Source: Raillietiella orientalis
Taxonomy: Eukaryota
Length of the DNA stretch: 64,000 nucleotides
Assembly (NCBI GenBank): GCA_036172245.1
Contig: JAYWIR010000009.1
Location: 1,178,001-1,242,000, forward strand
Direction: 5' to 3'
How positions within the stretch are numbered: the first letter of the stretch is position 1; each line of letters starts with the position of its first letter. Under the pieces are notes generated by a model. It saw only the letters and a program-made list of their open reading frames with translations. It searched no databases and was not told the origin of the DNA. Positions 38,465 through 50,612 of the stretch are shown here, piece after piece. The position numbers were made by a program, and so were the translations under genes.

Positions 38465-41310
38465 GTTTATTCCTAAACACTTTGTTTTCGCGGTACGAGG
38501 CCCCGCTACGGCCAATATTTCATGGGACCAGCCAGGAAGCCGGTTCTGAGGCCGGCTTGCCTCTCCTCGGCAGCGGAGGGGATAGGGGGTAAAACAAAAA
38601 GAAATATAAATGAAATAAACAAAAAGAAACTATGTGGAGGGCCGGGAAGGGATCACAGCCCGCTGGAGGAGGAGACCATCCTTTCCAGGATGCCCTCGAG
38701 GTCCCTCTTCATTGTTCCCAGATGGGACCAGCCGATCGCGATTCGCAGGTATCGATTAGCGTGTAGGATGGGATCCCTGTCGCTGCTTCCTCTGTTGGCT
38801 GCGCTCCACGCGGCCACAATCCCTCGGAGACAGCAAAGCGCTGCCAGGGTTGAGGCTGGTGGCAGAGCGTCTCGCACGAAGAGGAGTCTCAGAACGTCTC
38901 TGGGGATACTGCCGACCGGCATCCGGAGGGTCGTAGCAAAACGTTCCCACAAGGGCCGGAGGGCAGCGCAGTCCACTAACAGATGGGGGAGGGATTCCTT
39001 CTCCCCGCACACTGCACAGTTCTGTCCCACGTTCCCCAACGTCCAGTGGTGGCGGCGCGCGTTGCAGGGAAGACCCCAGCGCAACAACAGCAGCGCCGTT
39101 TCCTGCCACTTGAGGGGGAGGGTGGATGCGTCTCTAAATAACGGGGGCCACTCTAGGTCATCCGCCGGGATGCCAAGCAGCTGGCCCCATCTCCGTATTC
39201 CACGCGGGTGAACGCTTGGGGTCGCAGTCCTGCCGTCTCCAGGAGAGTGACCCTCAACAAATAGAGGTCGTACGTGATGGTTGTGTCCGTCAGCTTCGTC
39301 GAGATCTGCACGCCGCGCTTCACGGAGAAGGTGCAGTCTGACCTCTTCCGGGAGGACGGCTTATTCTCCTTCTGCAGCCTTGTCTCAGGACCTTACTTAT
39401 TCAGGGAGCTGACCTGCCTCAAGTACTTTTGCCTCAACTTCTGGCACCGTCAGCATTCGCAGAGAGTCCGCTGCGATCACAGGTACCCTCGACCAGGGAC
39501 GGAAATTTCCTCAGTCTTCCTGCAGCGGCAGCAGGTCTTGCTCTACCTTTCCTTCTGAGGAAAAACGCGAGTGGACCACGGCGAAAGCTCAGGAGGTTAT
39601 TGACGTCCGGCCGTCGCCGGGAAGGCATGACTCATCGCCTTCTCCTCATCTTCCTTTTCTCTTGCCGCCTCCCCCTTCCTAGAGCGACCTAATCTTCTTC
39701 CCTCCGATTTCGCGTTTCCTCCTTCAGGAAAGTCCTCAGCTAACGGCTTTCTTTTTGGTCTCCTTCGTTTCCTTCTTTTCAATTTGTTCATTTTTTTTTC
39801 TTTTACACAAAAAGGCTGGACAAGTCTCTGAGGTGTCCTTGTTCCACGAGCAAGGCAGTGCATGTGAGGCAGGGACGCAGCAGTGTTCGGGACAAGCGCC
39901 GAATCCTCGTGCGTTGGCGTGAGGACAAAGAAGGATGGAATGTCCATCTTCTGGAGGGTAATGCTTCTGAAGCATTTCTTCGTCCTCTCAGTAGCGGAAA
40001 AGGTTAACCCAAGAACAAGTGCTCAGTCATCGGAAGTGAAACATCCGCACTCTTAGTGACCCGAAGACCAGGATAGCCATGCCGAACGGAAGCTGCACAC
40101 TGGTCAGGGAGCTGACTACAGAGGGCACGTTCTAAAGTCGATGATGCCTAGGCGCGAAGGCCGAGGACGAGAACAGACAGAACTTAAAATCATGGCGGCA
40201 TATAAGCGCAAGATCCCAATCATCCGGTGGCTCGTCTTTTGAACGCACGTCAGCGTTCAAAAGACTGCTCCTTGAAGGAGGACGAAGGTATTCGGAAGGT
40301 TAGATGATGGAAATCCTTCTTTTCTGTCTTCACCGTTTTCTCAGCTCTTTAACACGGTTCCACGCCACCCGAGAGTTGGTAATTCTTCAAGATGGGGGGC
40401 GCTTCGGGAGGGGTCCGCACTATGAATCCAGGAAGGACTCGGAGGCCGTTCCTCTCACACCTAGGGAGGGATTCCCGGAAATGGAGACCACCTCCATCCT
40501 GGTTGTCTTCGAAGGAAAACCCCGAAGGGAGTCTCCTTCCTTATTTTCTCCGGTGGGACCCCCGGAGGAATCCGCTCCACTTCTTCTTCGAAAGGAACCC
40601 AGAAAGGATCCATTATCAGGAATTTCTTCTCCGGAGGGAGACCGCAAGGGAACTGCTCCTGTTTCCTCCTCCCCGAAGGAACGCTTCCGAAATTCAGAAT
40701 GGCTCTGTTTCCTCGAGCGGAGCTGCTCGCTTCCCTGCAGTCTCTGAAGAAGTGATGACACACTTACTCCATCATTACGACGCGGAGGGTCCTCCGGAAT
40801 GGGGGGTCCGCTCCTTCACAAGAGGAGGGGAATTCCCGCTCCTTGATTCCTGGAAGGTCGACTCCCATTGTCCCGACCTTCATCGGGGGCATCCGATTGC
40901 AACCGCTGCCAGCTCCGCACCCGGATGAATAGAGGCCAACCAGCGTCATCTTGAGGAAGGAACTCGAATCCACGGAGCACTGCGTCGATTCAGTTAGGAG
41001 TATTCGAACCCACGACGTTTGGTGGCACCACGCGCAGAGACCACCGTAACCACACGGCTTCCGAGTCGGGCAAAGGTAGCGGCCGGAGACTTAGCGGTGT
41101 GGGCCATCCGATGGGGCCACGAGAACCGAACCGAAGCAAGACGGGCTCCAAACCCCATGAGGGCAAGCAGCGATGTGGGCGGAAATCTCTCTTCGTGCTT
41201 TCGCACTTCCGGCAAGCAGCAATGGGATCCACCACAAAGCGCGGAGAAGATGAATTCGCACATTCGCGGGCTCTGACCGACTCCAATCAGCCGGAGGTGT
41301 CCATGGAAGA
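38465..41310 (-). mobile_element. Tx1/L1-type non-LTR retrotransposon, copy A (ORF1 knuckle, APE endonuclease, zf-RVT; no RT seen)
   Basis: ORF1 knuckle remnant RTLRV...CHHFFRDC (~40740-40790). APE motifs RVAWN, FVLLQG, GMAILV and WVNLF (~40000-40380). Intact zf-RVT RWGQLLGIP...LPLKWQETALLLLRWGLPCNARR...CAVCGEKESLPHLLVDC (39200-38653). AATAAA at 38471-38466. Confidence 0.8.
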
Positions 41311-41699
41311 CGCGTGAGAGAGGATTTGGCCGAGTTCCCACGTAGGTGAGGCGCTGCCGTTCAACACTACATGCAACACTGGACACACGGGTGTGCATCA
41401 CATCTCTTCGACAACACTGACGCATACGTGAATGAGCTTATTTTTGCATGGATACATACATACATACATCGCTACATATATATTCATCGATGGATATGTA
41501 ATTGCATGTAAAGATGCATAGATTCATCTATAAACACGTGTGCAACAATAGGTACATACATGTGTTAGTATAGCATGCTTGCCTCACTAGCTAAAAGTGC
41601 ATGAATATGCAGTAGATGTACATCACCGATATATGAGTATGTGTTGGTAATTACACGTGCCGCGATAGGTTCGATACCTCGATACATCAAAATACACCT

Positions 41700-42250
41700 G
41701 CCGATGGGCGTGCCCCTTCGCTGCCCATTTCGTGACACGTGCGAGCAGAGCTGATCCGCCAGTACGGACGAAGAATGTGACCACTGTCATCCTGAGGAGC
41801 CCCTTGTGGACACCGCCCTCATGCGAAGGGAGATGAAATGGACCGATGTGGAATGTGAGGTGTAAGAAGACGGAAAACCGAATCGAAAGGTCATGGAGGT
41901 TCCTGCACAGCGGAGCAACTGAGGGGCGTGCCGATGTTTGTCTCGAAGTGGCCGAACGAAAAATGGGCTGCTCGCAAGAAAGGATTACGAGTAGCGAATT
42001 CGAACTCAAGGGAGAAGGGAGGAAGGGACAGCGTTCCAGGAAGTCTGAGGCAGCGTTCGCAAAGTGCAAATTTCTGTAGGGTGCGCGCATTGAGTTCCCA
42101 TAAGCGGTGAGCACGCCTTCCGGATCCATGGTGGATGATCGGCCATCTTCGAGATTTTCGGAATTCCAGGTGTGGCCTACAACTTCTGAAGATCAGAATG
42201 GAGGGAACATGTGGAGTCATCAGGGTAAACAGGAGAAAACAGGAGCGACT
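41700..42250 (+). mobile_element. Possible Ty3/gypsy integrase C-terminal remnant
   Basis: RAELIRQYGRRM (~'PAELxxGRxLR') and RLPDPWWMIG...LKIRMEGTCGVIRVNRR (GPY/F-like C-terminus). A purine-rich tract at ~42548-42559 could be a PPT. Confidence 0.3.
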
Positions 42251-42350
42251 CGAGTTTCCCGACCAGATTTTTCATTTTCCTTTTGAGATTCTCATTTTCA
42301 GGTGACGGCTACAGATGATCAATGGAGATGACTGATTCTTAGACTACAAT

Positions 42351-42490
42351 CATCCGACGAAGACAGGTGTAGTCCACAACTTTCCTCCGCCATCCGTCGA
42401 AGATGGGCGTAGTTCACAACTTTTTTCCATCGTCTGACGAAGATATGAATAGTCTGCAACTTTACACCGTCATCCGACGAAGATACTGTA
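42351..42490 (+). repeat. 40-bp tandem repeat, ~3.5 diverged units
   Basis: Units start at 42351, 42391, 42431 and 42471. Consensus CATCCGACGAAGAYnnnnnTAGTYCACAACTTT-N7. Confidence 0.9.
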
Positions 42491-42799
42491 GAAACGACGG
42501 AAGGATGTAGGTCGTGGTTGCACAGAGTAGCAAACGGAAAGAATCTGAGAGGGTGGAGATATAGGGAGAACAGAGAGGGACAACTATCTCTCCGTTCTTG
42601 CGTTGCCTTCCTTACCTTTGATGCAGCCGGGATGTGCCAATCTTTAAGGGATTCACTTCTTCCTCTCTTTTTGGCTGAAGACTTTGGAAGAATGCGCTTC
42701 CACCGACTTCGTGTAGCTCTCCTCCGCTATCCTGTCCGTACCTGATCATCCACTTTTGTCATCGGGGACATGGTGGAGCCCAGATGATTCCAGTAAAAA

Positions 42800-43430
42800 T
42801 TTTTCACTTGCTGGTTTTCCGGAGCGCCGGCTCCTTGCCGGCCGTCGGATGTGATTTCCGAAGGCAGCCCGATCTCGTTTCACCATCCTTGCAACTGGCT
42901 GGAGGAACATCGGGTTTCGACCTGGAGCTATTCGACCGAGCCGGGTTCGGATCCGAAGAAGATGTTTCCCTTGAGGCATCTGAAAGACGGTGCGACGCCT
43001 GCTGGCTATGGAGCGGCGCCAAAGAGGGAAGTCTTCGGGGTCCCGGGTGGCGAGTTTACCGAGAGAGCATCTGCGCAAAAGTTTCCTGCCTCTCTCAGAG
43101 TGCCGCGGAGCCTCGGCTTCTCCGGTGGCTGCACAGTGAGAAAGGAGGATCGAGATTGAGAAAGATCCCAGTGTCCTGTCTCTCGAGAGCGGCTTCCCCT
43201 GCGGGTAGCGTTCCACAGCGGATGCGTTCCTCCTCCCGTTGTTCCATGTAGTGAGGAGGATATGGCGCTGCGTTCTCGTGATCTACCTCCTTTCGAGAAG
43301 AAGGAGGGAGGGGAAGGAAAGGGGCAGCTCCTGCAGACGCTTCAGCTAGGGTGCAGAGTTCCCATTCGGTGTCCTTAAATAGCCCGTTGCGACCGACTTC
43401 CCCTAAAAACTGCATCGCCACCTTTGTTTT
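42800..43430 (-). mobile_element. Probable Tx1-type ORF1 (gag-like knuckle) remnant
   Basis: Minus-strand SFRCLKGNIF (~'CFxCxxxGH') at ~42960-42990, with ORF1-like context upstream. Confidence 0.3.
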
Positions 43431-43779
43431 CCTTTCCGTCTTTACGCTGAAAGTCCCTGAATTCCGCTCAGAACGCTCCCTTAATTGAAAACTCCTCGGG
43501 GGTTTCTTTCGTCACCGGCCGATCGATGCCCCCTCGGTTCGGACCGAGTCGGTGGGGGATGGGTGGACTGTGCTCGTCTCCTGCCTCGTGATCTGCTGGA
43601 GCCGGCCGAAGGACCTAGCCGCTCCGTGCCTCTCAAGATCAGCCCTCTGTCGGCGCAGCATGGGGACGCTGGGTAGAGCTCCGGATGGACCTTCGGAGGT
43701 AGTTTGCCTTGCCCGTGTGTGCCCCCGGGCGCGCGGGCATCGTGCACCGTCCGATAAGGTTTAACCTGATGATGACGGG

Positions 43780-45650
43780 ATGTTTTTAAAAAAAATGAAT
43801 AAAAATAAACTGCAAATCAGAGAGGAACGACGTCCTCTGAATACAGGGAATGTCCCCAAAAGAAATTCCATTGGAAATGACCACTGGCACGCCGACCGAT
43901 TTCTTAAGGAAGTCGGGAGTGGGAGGGAGAGGACAGTAAATAAAGAAAAATACGAGAGGATAGGGACAGGAGTCCTTGGTTTTCTTCGCTCCTTTCTTCC
44001 TAAAAGCGGCTGGGAATGATGGCGATCTCCATGGAGGCTTCTTCTTGCAGGTGAGGCCTCTTCGCAGCCGCCCCCAGGAAGGTGGCTGTCATGCTGATGG
44101 TCTCCTTTCGCTGCCACCTTGACTTCGAAATATGGCGGACTGTCACCACGACGCGGATGCAGCATCTCGTTCCTATCACGGCTCCCACCGCCAGTCCACC
44201 TCGACTAAAAAAGCACCGCAGCAGGTCTTAGTCGTGTCCTCCGCTGGGTGTCCTCCGGGTGACGGATCGTTTAAGATAGTTTGGAGGACATGTGGCGCAT
44301 ACTCGTATCCGCCACATGTCCTCCAGGGAGCTGCAGCCCAACAGGGGGACGACCCCATCTCCCTGCACCTGGAACAGTTCGGTGAGGCGACAAGTCCGCA
44401 GGAAACCAGGTGTCTACGCTGGTAGCACTGGGATCCCCTCAGTACAGAAGAAGCAGCAGGACACCCCGTTTCCACTGCAGCGGGAGCACTGCGTTGTCCG
44501 CACACAGAAGAAAGGCCACGAGTTTTCCGGGAGCACGCCAAGCAGGTCTCTCTCCCCACCGGAGGAGAACGAGGAAGCCCGCCCGGGAACGAGGAGTGGC
44601 GCCGTCAACCAGCTCGCTTGTCTTGCAGCCGTCGAGCAGTTTCTCGACTCCTGCAATGGTGCAGGATGACTCCCACTCCTGCTGGTTGGCTGCTGCCATC
44701 GTTTGCCCTGAGGGCAGACAGTGCTGAGGCAAGGGGTGTGCCGGCAAATGGGGCCACTGCGCGGAGTCCCTGCAGGAGGTCTCCCGGCTGTTTGCATAGG
44801 TGTTTCCGCAGCGGGCTCAGTTCATCTGGACGCACTTCCAGAGTGGCCACCTACGACTCCAACGCCTCCTGCCGCCAGGAGTTCTAGTTTGGGGGGCTAC
44901 AGGAGATCGTCCGAAGAGGTTGATGACGGAAATCTTTTGGAGGTTCTTTTCTGTCTTAACTTCTTTCCTTCTAGCTTCTTTTTTTGGGGTTCGCCAAGTA
45001 CCCCAAGAACCCTCGCGCGCCTGGAGGGACATGCAGCTCTTTGAAACTGTTCCATGCCATTAGAGGGAATCCCGAAGGCAACCTTCCCCCCACCCTGGTT
45101 GTCCCTCAAAGGGAACTCCGAAGGCGAATTTATTCCTCATTCTTTCTGAAGGGACCGCCGGTCAGGGTCCGCTCCTTGTTTCTTCCTCAGAGGAATGGAA
45201 GAAATTCCGAATTTTCCCTGAAGGGCGTTCCTAGAAGGGTGCAGCGCACTTCTTGAACCTCCGGAGAGGCATCAATCCACGATCTCCACGGTACGGCTCC
45301 ACCTTAACAACCCGAGGGGAAACCCGAAGGGAACCGGACTTCTAGAGTCTGCTTCCTGGAAGGGCCCCGGGGGGTGGATTTCCAATCCCGGTCACTCATC
45401 AGGAGCATCCGGTTTCTTGCTTGTACCAGTGTCGCACACGACTATGAGCCAGCCGGCATCATCTTGCAGAGGAACTCGAAACCAAAGATGCACCCCATTT
45501 CTTTGGAGTTGATCCTCCACGTGGGGATCCGCGTTGGCAGCCACGCGGCCGCCAACGTGGGCGCTAGAGTGAGCCGGGGAGATCGCCGGACGGGAGGGAA
45601 AGTCCGCTGCTCCCAAAAGGCGGATGTTTCGTGGGCGTCACGGTTCGCGG
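43780..45650 (-). mobile_element. Tx1/L1-type element, copy B (ORF1 joined almost directly to zf-RVT and 3' UTR)
   Basis: 45130-45480 is homologous at DNA level to the ORF1 regions of copy A (40640-40970) and 48310-48660, e.g. TTCGAGTTCC..CAAGATGA and GAGGA.GA.ACA.GGAGC. 44023-44897 holds frameshifted zf-RVT (LPLQW...LLLLL / RRHLVSCGLVASPNCSRC). 3' UTR at 43780-44020. Confidence 0.75.
44023..44897. repeat. 875-bp inverted repeat, left arm (right arm 51102-51976)
   Basis: Reverse-complement match without indels (paired coordinates sum to 95999 at both ends). About 9 substitutions counted by eye. The ORF track shows identical translated ORFs on opposite strands. Confidence 0.97.
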
Positions 45651-46119
45651 GTTTCGCGCAATGCGGTGCTCGCTCGGGCGTGGATAGGCGTGCGCCTCGA
45701 TGCTCCAGGAGCCGCGAGAGACCACGCTAATTGCAGCGGGAAGGGTGAGGGGGTGGGGCGAGGGGGGGGGGAATAGCTTGGGGTGAGGGCAGGCATGCAG
45801 CGCGCGCTCGACGAAGTCGTGTGGAGCTGCTTACAGCGAGAAGGCAGTGGGTCTCGCGACTGGACCAATCCGCGTTTGCGGTAGCGCCGCGCCCGGGACC
45901 CTGCATGCGTTTCCACGGCACCTGAGGGTGGATCTCCGACCGCGACTGCGGGACTCGCCCCGCGGTTTACTTCGAGACCGCAGTTGCTGACGATCACCCT
46001 TGAGGGTTTTTTTTGTTTTGGGGAGGGGTTCGAGGTTTTCCTTCGTCCGGCCATTCCCTCAGACGCCGTTTCTTTGAGCGAGCTCCGGGAGCCTCCCATC
46101 CGCACTGTCCCCTCGTCCC

Positions 46120-46900
46120 CTCAGTGCTTTCGAAGAACGGAAGAACCGAATTTTCGCATCCGTTTCTCTGGAGCACCTCTTCGGAGGGAGGACGCTTCCG
46201 GCGAGCTGTAGGGACCCCCAGGGGGTTGTGTTTGGTCGACCATGCGACGCGCAATCGAGAGGAACCTTCCCGAGAGAAAACCAACTGTGTCACCATGGCG
46301 CGCGCATGGGTCGGCTTCATTTGCCCAACTGAAGGTGAACCGCAAAGCTTTGTGACTTCCAGAAGGACCCCGGAGGGTCTGCTTCCGATTCCTTGGTGAT
46401 CAGGCAGCCATTCTGGCCAGTCTCTGGGATCCATCCGGTCTACGAAGCGCTCAAGAATCATGCCAGTGCCATGCCCGGAGCTCGCGGATCAGCCAGTCTT
46501 GCGGCGGAAGGTGGAGGGGGAAAGGAACTCGAAACCCACGACGCCTACTCCATTCCCCGGGTGGGATTAGAACGCAAGACACCAGGTGCCTCTGACGAAA
46601 GTCGCAGCCACACGGTCGTCGATGCGAGCACCTGCTTGTCGGAATTCTGCCCGCTGCCATAGATGGTCAGCAGAAGTGGATCCTCGAAATCTGCTGGGGT
46701 GGGTTGCTGAGGCACTAGGAAAAGAGGGACTCCGGACGCCGCAGCCGGAGAATTCCATCGGGTTCGCCTCTCGCCCGATGATGGGGCAAAGAGGAGAGCG
46801 CGGATCGATGCGGACGTAGGAGAAGCGGCAGCGGCTTGTCTCCTTGATTGCATCATCAGTCAGATTCCGAAGCTGGCGCACTTCCGGAAAGCATCATCCG
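46120..46900 (-). mobile_element. Decayed APE endonuclease of an L1/Tx1-type element
   Basis: Ordered motifs: SGVPLFLV (~'GVAIL'), LLLTIYGS (~'LxxIYAP'), LERFVDRMDPRDW (~'LxxFxxxxxLxDxW'), FTFSW and RMRKFGSSVL (~'WKxNxSxL'). Confidence 0.6.
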
Positions 46901-48089
46901 TCTTCGCTGCGGCTCAGAGGCCAGGGCGAGGGGGAAAAGGTCAACCCGACTCCGTGCTGCAGCCCGTCGCCTCCGTTCGGCAATCCCGCGAGCTGCGAGG
47001 GTTCCCAGGGGAGGACACAGGCCGGCCAAGCGACGGGTGGCGCAAACCGACGATACCAATTTCCCGATCCTCAGTGGAGCACCCCGCCGAGGCGAGCCCA
47101 ACAGTGGAGACGGCTGCCGCCTCCACCACCGGCGTGGCGGCGGAAGGAGGGCCGGGCGCAGCCGCGGAGCAGAACGGCCGGCACGCGAGGGCGACAAACA
47201 CGCCGGCGACCTGCCTGAAACGCAGCAGCGGCGCCACCTCGCGCTGCGGTCCGGCGTGGCCGCTTGCCCGAACGCGTTCCGCCTTGGCGTCGGGTCGGCG
47301 CTGCAACCGTGGGCGCCCATTGGCAACTCCGGTCCCTCGTCGGGAAACCGGGAAGCAACCCTCCCTACGCGCCCACTCGCTCACACGGCCTTGGAGGGCG
47401 GGCGAAGGTGGCAACGCCACTTCAAAATCGGAACACACGCGGCACGGCAACCACAGGAAACGATAGCGCCGCTCCGCGACCTCCCGCCTCCCTCGCCGGG
47501 AGGGCAGTCACACCCCATCCTGCACAAGGGAAGAGGCATCAGCGACCAAACTTGCCTCACGGCCCCCGCAGTTACGGGCATTTGTGAGTCTGCCGCCGAG
47601 CTAGCCCCCACCTCTCCCTCGTGAGAGCAGAATTTGCGTTTCCGCGACAGGCGACGAGAGGCGGGCGGCGCGTCGCTGCAAATCGAGCGGCTCGCTCACT
47701 CGGCGCGCGCGCCCTCCCCTCCTCGCTCGCGAGACGGAGCGGCCTTCCCCCATCCCTGGCACGGGGGCAGGGCAAAGCGTCGAAGGAAAAAGTCAGGTAA
47801 CTGGGAGGAAAAAAACTGCTCCCACATCCAGCATCACCGTGGATCACCAGGGAAGAGATTCTGTCAGCGAGGGGGTTGACATCCTCGCCCGCTATGGGTC
47901 CTTCTCGTGGTGTCGGTGCTGCAGAGGCGGAAGTTCCCGACGCAGTGATTTCGAGGGCGAGCTGGCCCCCCGCTGAGCGTCGCCCGGCACTGAGTCTTCC
48001 ATAAGTGCAATCTTTCCTCCTCTATTCGCCCCTCTGACCGGAAGGGCTCTTAGCAGCACGACGGGAACGGTTCTGCGATTCGAGAATGG

Positions 48090-48900
48090 AATGCAATCCC
48101 CTGGGGTGCTGCTGAACGTCCCTGACGCAGGGAGCGACTCTTCCCTGGTGGCTTCCGTGATCTATCAATGGAATCAGCATCTGCCTGTTGTAAGAGTAGC
48201 GGATGCTTTGCCCTGCGCGTCGTGGCTACATGGAGGGAGGATGTCAGCAGTTCACCGCCCGCTCGCGAGGTGCCAAGCGTCACGGGTTCGACTTCCACCC
48301 GCGGAAGGGTTTCGATCCTTCCCCCTCAAGGCGACGCTGGTCGGCCTTCGGGTGCGGCACTGGTGGAAACTAAATGCCCCGGTTGACTGGCCGGAGTCGG
48401 AAGTCGACCCTCCGAGGTCCTTCCAGGAAACAAGGTTTTCTTTAGGTTGTGAACCTGGAACTGTCCCATCCCCTGGAAGGAAGGCCCTCCATCGCGTACC
48501 ATGGAGCTCGCCGATATCCCCTCGGGACCTCCAGAGTGTGCAAGAAGCGCGCTGCTCCCTTCGGAGAGCGGCACTTTAGAGAAATCGGGGAGCAGCTCCA
48601 GGGGGTTCTCTTCAGAGGAGGAGACCAGGAGCGGTTCCCTTGACGGTTCCCCTCAGGAGACGGACTTCCACCTCCCACGTGAGATGGAGAATCCTCATAC
48701 TCGATCTGCCTCCGCTGCTCCTTTGCGATTTTCCGGACGTTACTCCAGAGAGGAAGCCACCCGGCTCACCATTCGCAGGTGGAACCTTGCATCACGCGAC
48801 GCAGAAATGGGCGCGCGAGAGCAGCCGGACCCGAAGAGCAAGGAGCTCGAAACACCGGCAACGGCATCCAACTCGTCCGAGAAGTTTCGCTAGGCACAGA
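48090..48900 (+). mobile_element. Tx1-type ORF1 remnant
   Basis: FRSFPLKATLVGL and IAYHGARR...SRVCKK (~'IxYxGxxxxCxxC'). DNA homology to the ORF1 regions of copies A and B. Confidence 0.65.
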
Positions 48901-48989
48901 CGTCGTCCCCATCGTGTCCCGAGCCAGCCCTTCGCCAGCTGCTCGACTGGGTAGGTGAAGACCAACTTCTCGATGTGGTTCCTTCGGGA

Positions 48990-50612
48990 ACACGCTCGCT
49001 CAGCCTCTGCAAACGAACCAGTCCAGAATAAAAGTAGGCTGCCGTGGAAGCGGCCATCGAATCACTTTCCTTCAGTCGGGCGTGCGAGAGTTCAGAATGA
49101 CATCAGGCTTGGTCACTGTCCCTTCCTCGAGCCAATCAATATGACTGAAGGTCACATGGCTCCCCTAAGTGTCTGTAAGAACCATCTGCATCCAGCTGTT
49201 AAATGTCCTTTCCGCTGTTGTGAAAACAGCACTCAGGCTTGCTCTTCACGGGGCATTTGCCTTAATGCAGCACAGTGTGTTCGAGAGGATAGACCGAGGA
49301 ATTGCATTCTCTGAAAGTATCAATCTTCTAGAAGGTTCTTCAGTGTCATCGACATGCGCCAAGAACAGCTCTTCACTCAAGGAGGGTCGCCATCTACGTA
49401 GGACTGGCTCTCTGGCAATGACGAGCAGGAGTGAACTTGGGGAGCATCCTTGTTTTCATTTCCTCCAATCGTCACATCCCCAGTATCTTCGACTGTCATC
49501 TGCTCAGTAGTCTGAACGGATCACGGCGTTGCCCTGAATGATCTGAAGCGAAGCAGGGGAGTGCGGCCCAAATGTATTCGCAAGGTCTATAGAGGCCATG
49601 CAGAGATTCTTAGAGTCTTTGTCTGCTTTCATCCAAGAGTGCTTGAAGAGTGAATTTTGCTCCAAGAGCTCATCAAAGGGGAGAAACTCTCTTTTATGGG
49701 GCATGTGATCCCATTCTCCAAAATTCAAAGTCTCAAACGATGGGATGGATTCTCAGTATATGACCGGTAAATCTCCCACTGAGATAGGTCTTCACCTATT
49801 AATGTCATCGGTCACCGGGGAAGATTTCAGAAGCAAAATATTTTGGGATGCCACCACCTTTTGGAGTGCCTTCTCTTGAGTCTCGTGCTAAATGTCATTT
49901 CCACAGTTCTCCTTCGGGATTCACTGATGCCAATCCCTTCCAGACCGAGCATCGAATCCTCAGCATCTCTCATTATATCTTGCTTCCTCAGCTGCAACAA
50001 AAGAAAGATCGATTAAGGAGATCTCGTTGGTGATTTCTTTTTCCAAAAAGACGTGTTTACCTGGGACTGTACCTCAAAAAGATGCGGAAAGAAACTTCTT
50101 GACCTTTGTTTACGGGGATCTTACATCTGTCATTTGAGATGCCAGGGACGGATCTCATCAGTTTTCTTCGATCGAGCCTGCAGGATTTTTGAACCCAGGG
50201 CTTGTTTCTTGAAGTCACGGAGATCTCACGGCTTGGTTTACTCCAAGGTTTGATTTGCAGTGCGGAGGAGGTTCACTCTTCCACTGAAGACGTGGGTTTC
50301 ATCCACAACTATTTCCAAGTGCTCTTTTATATCGTCTTCTAGAAAGCACCTCTTGTCATCTACGAACTGGTATCAAGTATTGCATTTCTCCCTTCCTTAA
50401 TTTTCCACACTTCTTTGGACCGGTTTACTTTTCTTGAGGGAGCCATGGCCTTCAGGTCCTCTTAACTGTGTCCATGCCGGCTGCCCACGAGTGCACTCCA
50501 GCACATTCTGATTCAGAGAATAGCTTCAACCTCACTGACGGAGACTGCTACTGAACCCACTTTCAACAGCCTCGACGACCGAGTCGTTCTTACGGTCACC
50601 AGCCAGTAACTC
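48990..50612 (-). mobile_element. Decayed Utopia/NeSL-like non-LTR retrotransposon (RT domain)
   Basis: Ordered minus-strand motifs with stops and frameshifts: NDRCKIP, SMLGLEGI (~'SAPGxDGI'), R*RPISV, REFLPFDELLEQN...NLCMASIDLANTFG, KQGCSPSSLL...EPVLR, LAHVDD (~YADD) and SYRHLGEP. The 5' end abuts a U2 snRNA fragment. Confidence 0.85.

Noticed and set aside
40995..41065. tRNA/SINE-like A and B boxes on the minus strand (AGCCGTGTGG...GGTTCGAAT)
   Set aside because: No cloverleaf. The GGTTCGA is shared with the homologous ORF1 coding segment at ~48286, so it is transposon coding sequence.
42351..42490. CRISPR-like repeat/spacer array
   Set aside because: Units are similar along their whole length with no unique spacers, there are no cas genes, and the context is eukaryotic.
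45378..45403. Hammerhead-like CTGATGA...GAAA on the minus strand
   Set aside because: No closing G-C pair or convincing stems I-III, and it lies within ORF1 homology.
46848..47624. Overlapping long ORFs on both strands
   Set aside because: Very GC-rich, stop-poor sequence inside the retrotransposon cluster, with no recognisable product.
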